From IMG/VR virus record IMGVR_UViG_3300044452_000280, positions 1-25,638 of that record: a DNA stretch of 25,638 nucleotides. One strand, 5' to 3'. The stretch is from a virus. Its lineage: Duplodnaviria; Caudoviricetes. How positions within the stretch are numbered: the stretch's first letter is position 1; the number at the start of each line of letters is the position of its first letter. Made by a program: the position numbers and the translations under genes. Positions 25,071 to 25,638 of this stretch are shown in pieces. The notes under the pieces are model-generated. The model was not told the DNA's origin, searched no databases, and saw only the letters and a list, made by a program, of their open reading frames with translations.

Positions 25071-25496
25071 ATGGTCAAGGGCATCATCCTCCACCACGCC
25101 GCCGCCGACCTCACCGGTGAGCAGATCGAAGCCGCCCACCGCGCCAACGGCTGGGGTCAGACACTCCCCAGCGGCTACCGGATCTCGACCGGCTACCACT
25201 ACGTCGTCGAGGGTGACGGTACCGCTCGCCTGGGTCGTCCCGAGGGCGTCACCGGTGCGCACGCGAAGGGCCACAACATCACCCACCTCGGCGTCTGCAT
25301 GGCGGTCGACGGGCGCGAGGGGCTCCCGGACGCCTGCCGCGCGCAGGTGGTCACCCTCCTCGCCGACCTCTGCCGCCGCCACGGCCTCGAGGCGTCCGAC
25401 ATCCAGCCTCACCGCGGCGTCGCGGCCACGCTCTGTCCCGGCATCGACGAGGCCGCGTTCGACGAGCTCGTGTGCGACGTGGCAGCGCGCATCTGA
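25071..25496 (+). CDS. N-acetylmuramoyl-L-alanine amidase endolysin (Amidase_2 / T7-lysozyme-like)
   Basis: IILHH, GYHYVV..DG....GRP....GAHAKGHN...LGVC and HR.....CPG zinc-amidase motifs; GGAG RBS. Confidence 0.93.
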   Translation: MVKGIILHHAAADLTGEQIEAAHRANGWGQTLPSGYRISTGYHYVVEGDGTARLGRPEGVTGAHAKGHNITHLGVCMAVDGREGLPDACRAQVVTLLADLCRRHGLEASDIQPHRGVAATLCPGIDEAAFDELVCDVAARI

Positions 25497-25548
25497 TGGA
25501 GGTGCTCGCGATGTGTCTCAGCCCACTGATCTAACTCCGTTGGATCCC

Positions 25549-25638
25549 ATGAACGGCGATCTGTTCGCGGGATGGGACACCAGCGACGAGGACGTCCCAC
25601 CTGGAGCCGATCACGGGCGGTGGGACGCCAGCGAAGGC
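25549..25638 (+). CDS. possible start of a downstream ORF (partial)
   Basis: ATG 25549 is open to the window end (MNGDLFAGWDTSDEDVPPGADHGRWDASEG); no clear RBS. Confidence 0.3.
   Translation, partial: MNGDLFAGWDTSDEDVPPGADHGRWDASEG

Larger units (their letters stand above)
2913..25496 (+). mobile_element. prophage-derived head/contractile-tail/lysis module (defective prophage or tailocin-like element); true boundaries probably wider (left ~1181, right beyond the window)
   Basis: About 25 co-oriented, mostly stop/start-overlapping ORFs in canonical myovirus order from portal to endolysin. Confidence 0.92.

Noticed and set aside
1-25638. CRISPR array, tRNA or rRNA genes
   Set aside because: No regularly spaced repeats or cloverleaf/rRNA signatures noticed; not verified with software.

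Overview
High-GC window. It is dominated by a ~22.6 kb phage-derived morphogenesis and lysis block (2913-25496, + strand) of the contractile-tailed DUF1073-portal / DUF2213 / DUF2184-capsid / DUF3383-sheath type. Gene order: portal, head morphogenesis (Mu F-like), prohead protease/scaffold, decoration protein, major capsid, neck genes, sheath, tube, tail chaperone with a -1 slippery site, tape measure, baseplate set, fibre-like genes, lipoproteins and an amidase endolysin. No terminase, integrase or replication gene is visible. Two head genes carry lesions: an in-frame TAG in Mu F and a frameshift in the DUF2213 protease. Every neck, tail, baseplate and lysis ORF reads intact and tightly coupled, so this is either a decaying prophage or a tail-only (tailocin-like) element being domesticated. 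Accessory inserts are a membrane-anchored pentapeptide-repeat gene where the terminase would normally sit, a PadR-like regulator plus membrane partner with tandem palindromic operators, and an antisense coiled-coil lipoprotein. The left end abuts a 5'-truncated, doubly frameshifted host gene (CehA/McbA-like metallohydrolase) through a structured spacer containing a Myxococcus-type LexA-box match. All family calls come from motif recognition and synteny by eye, not from database searches.
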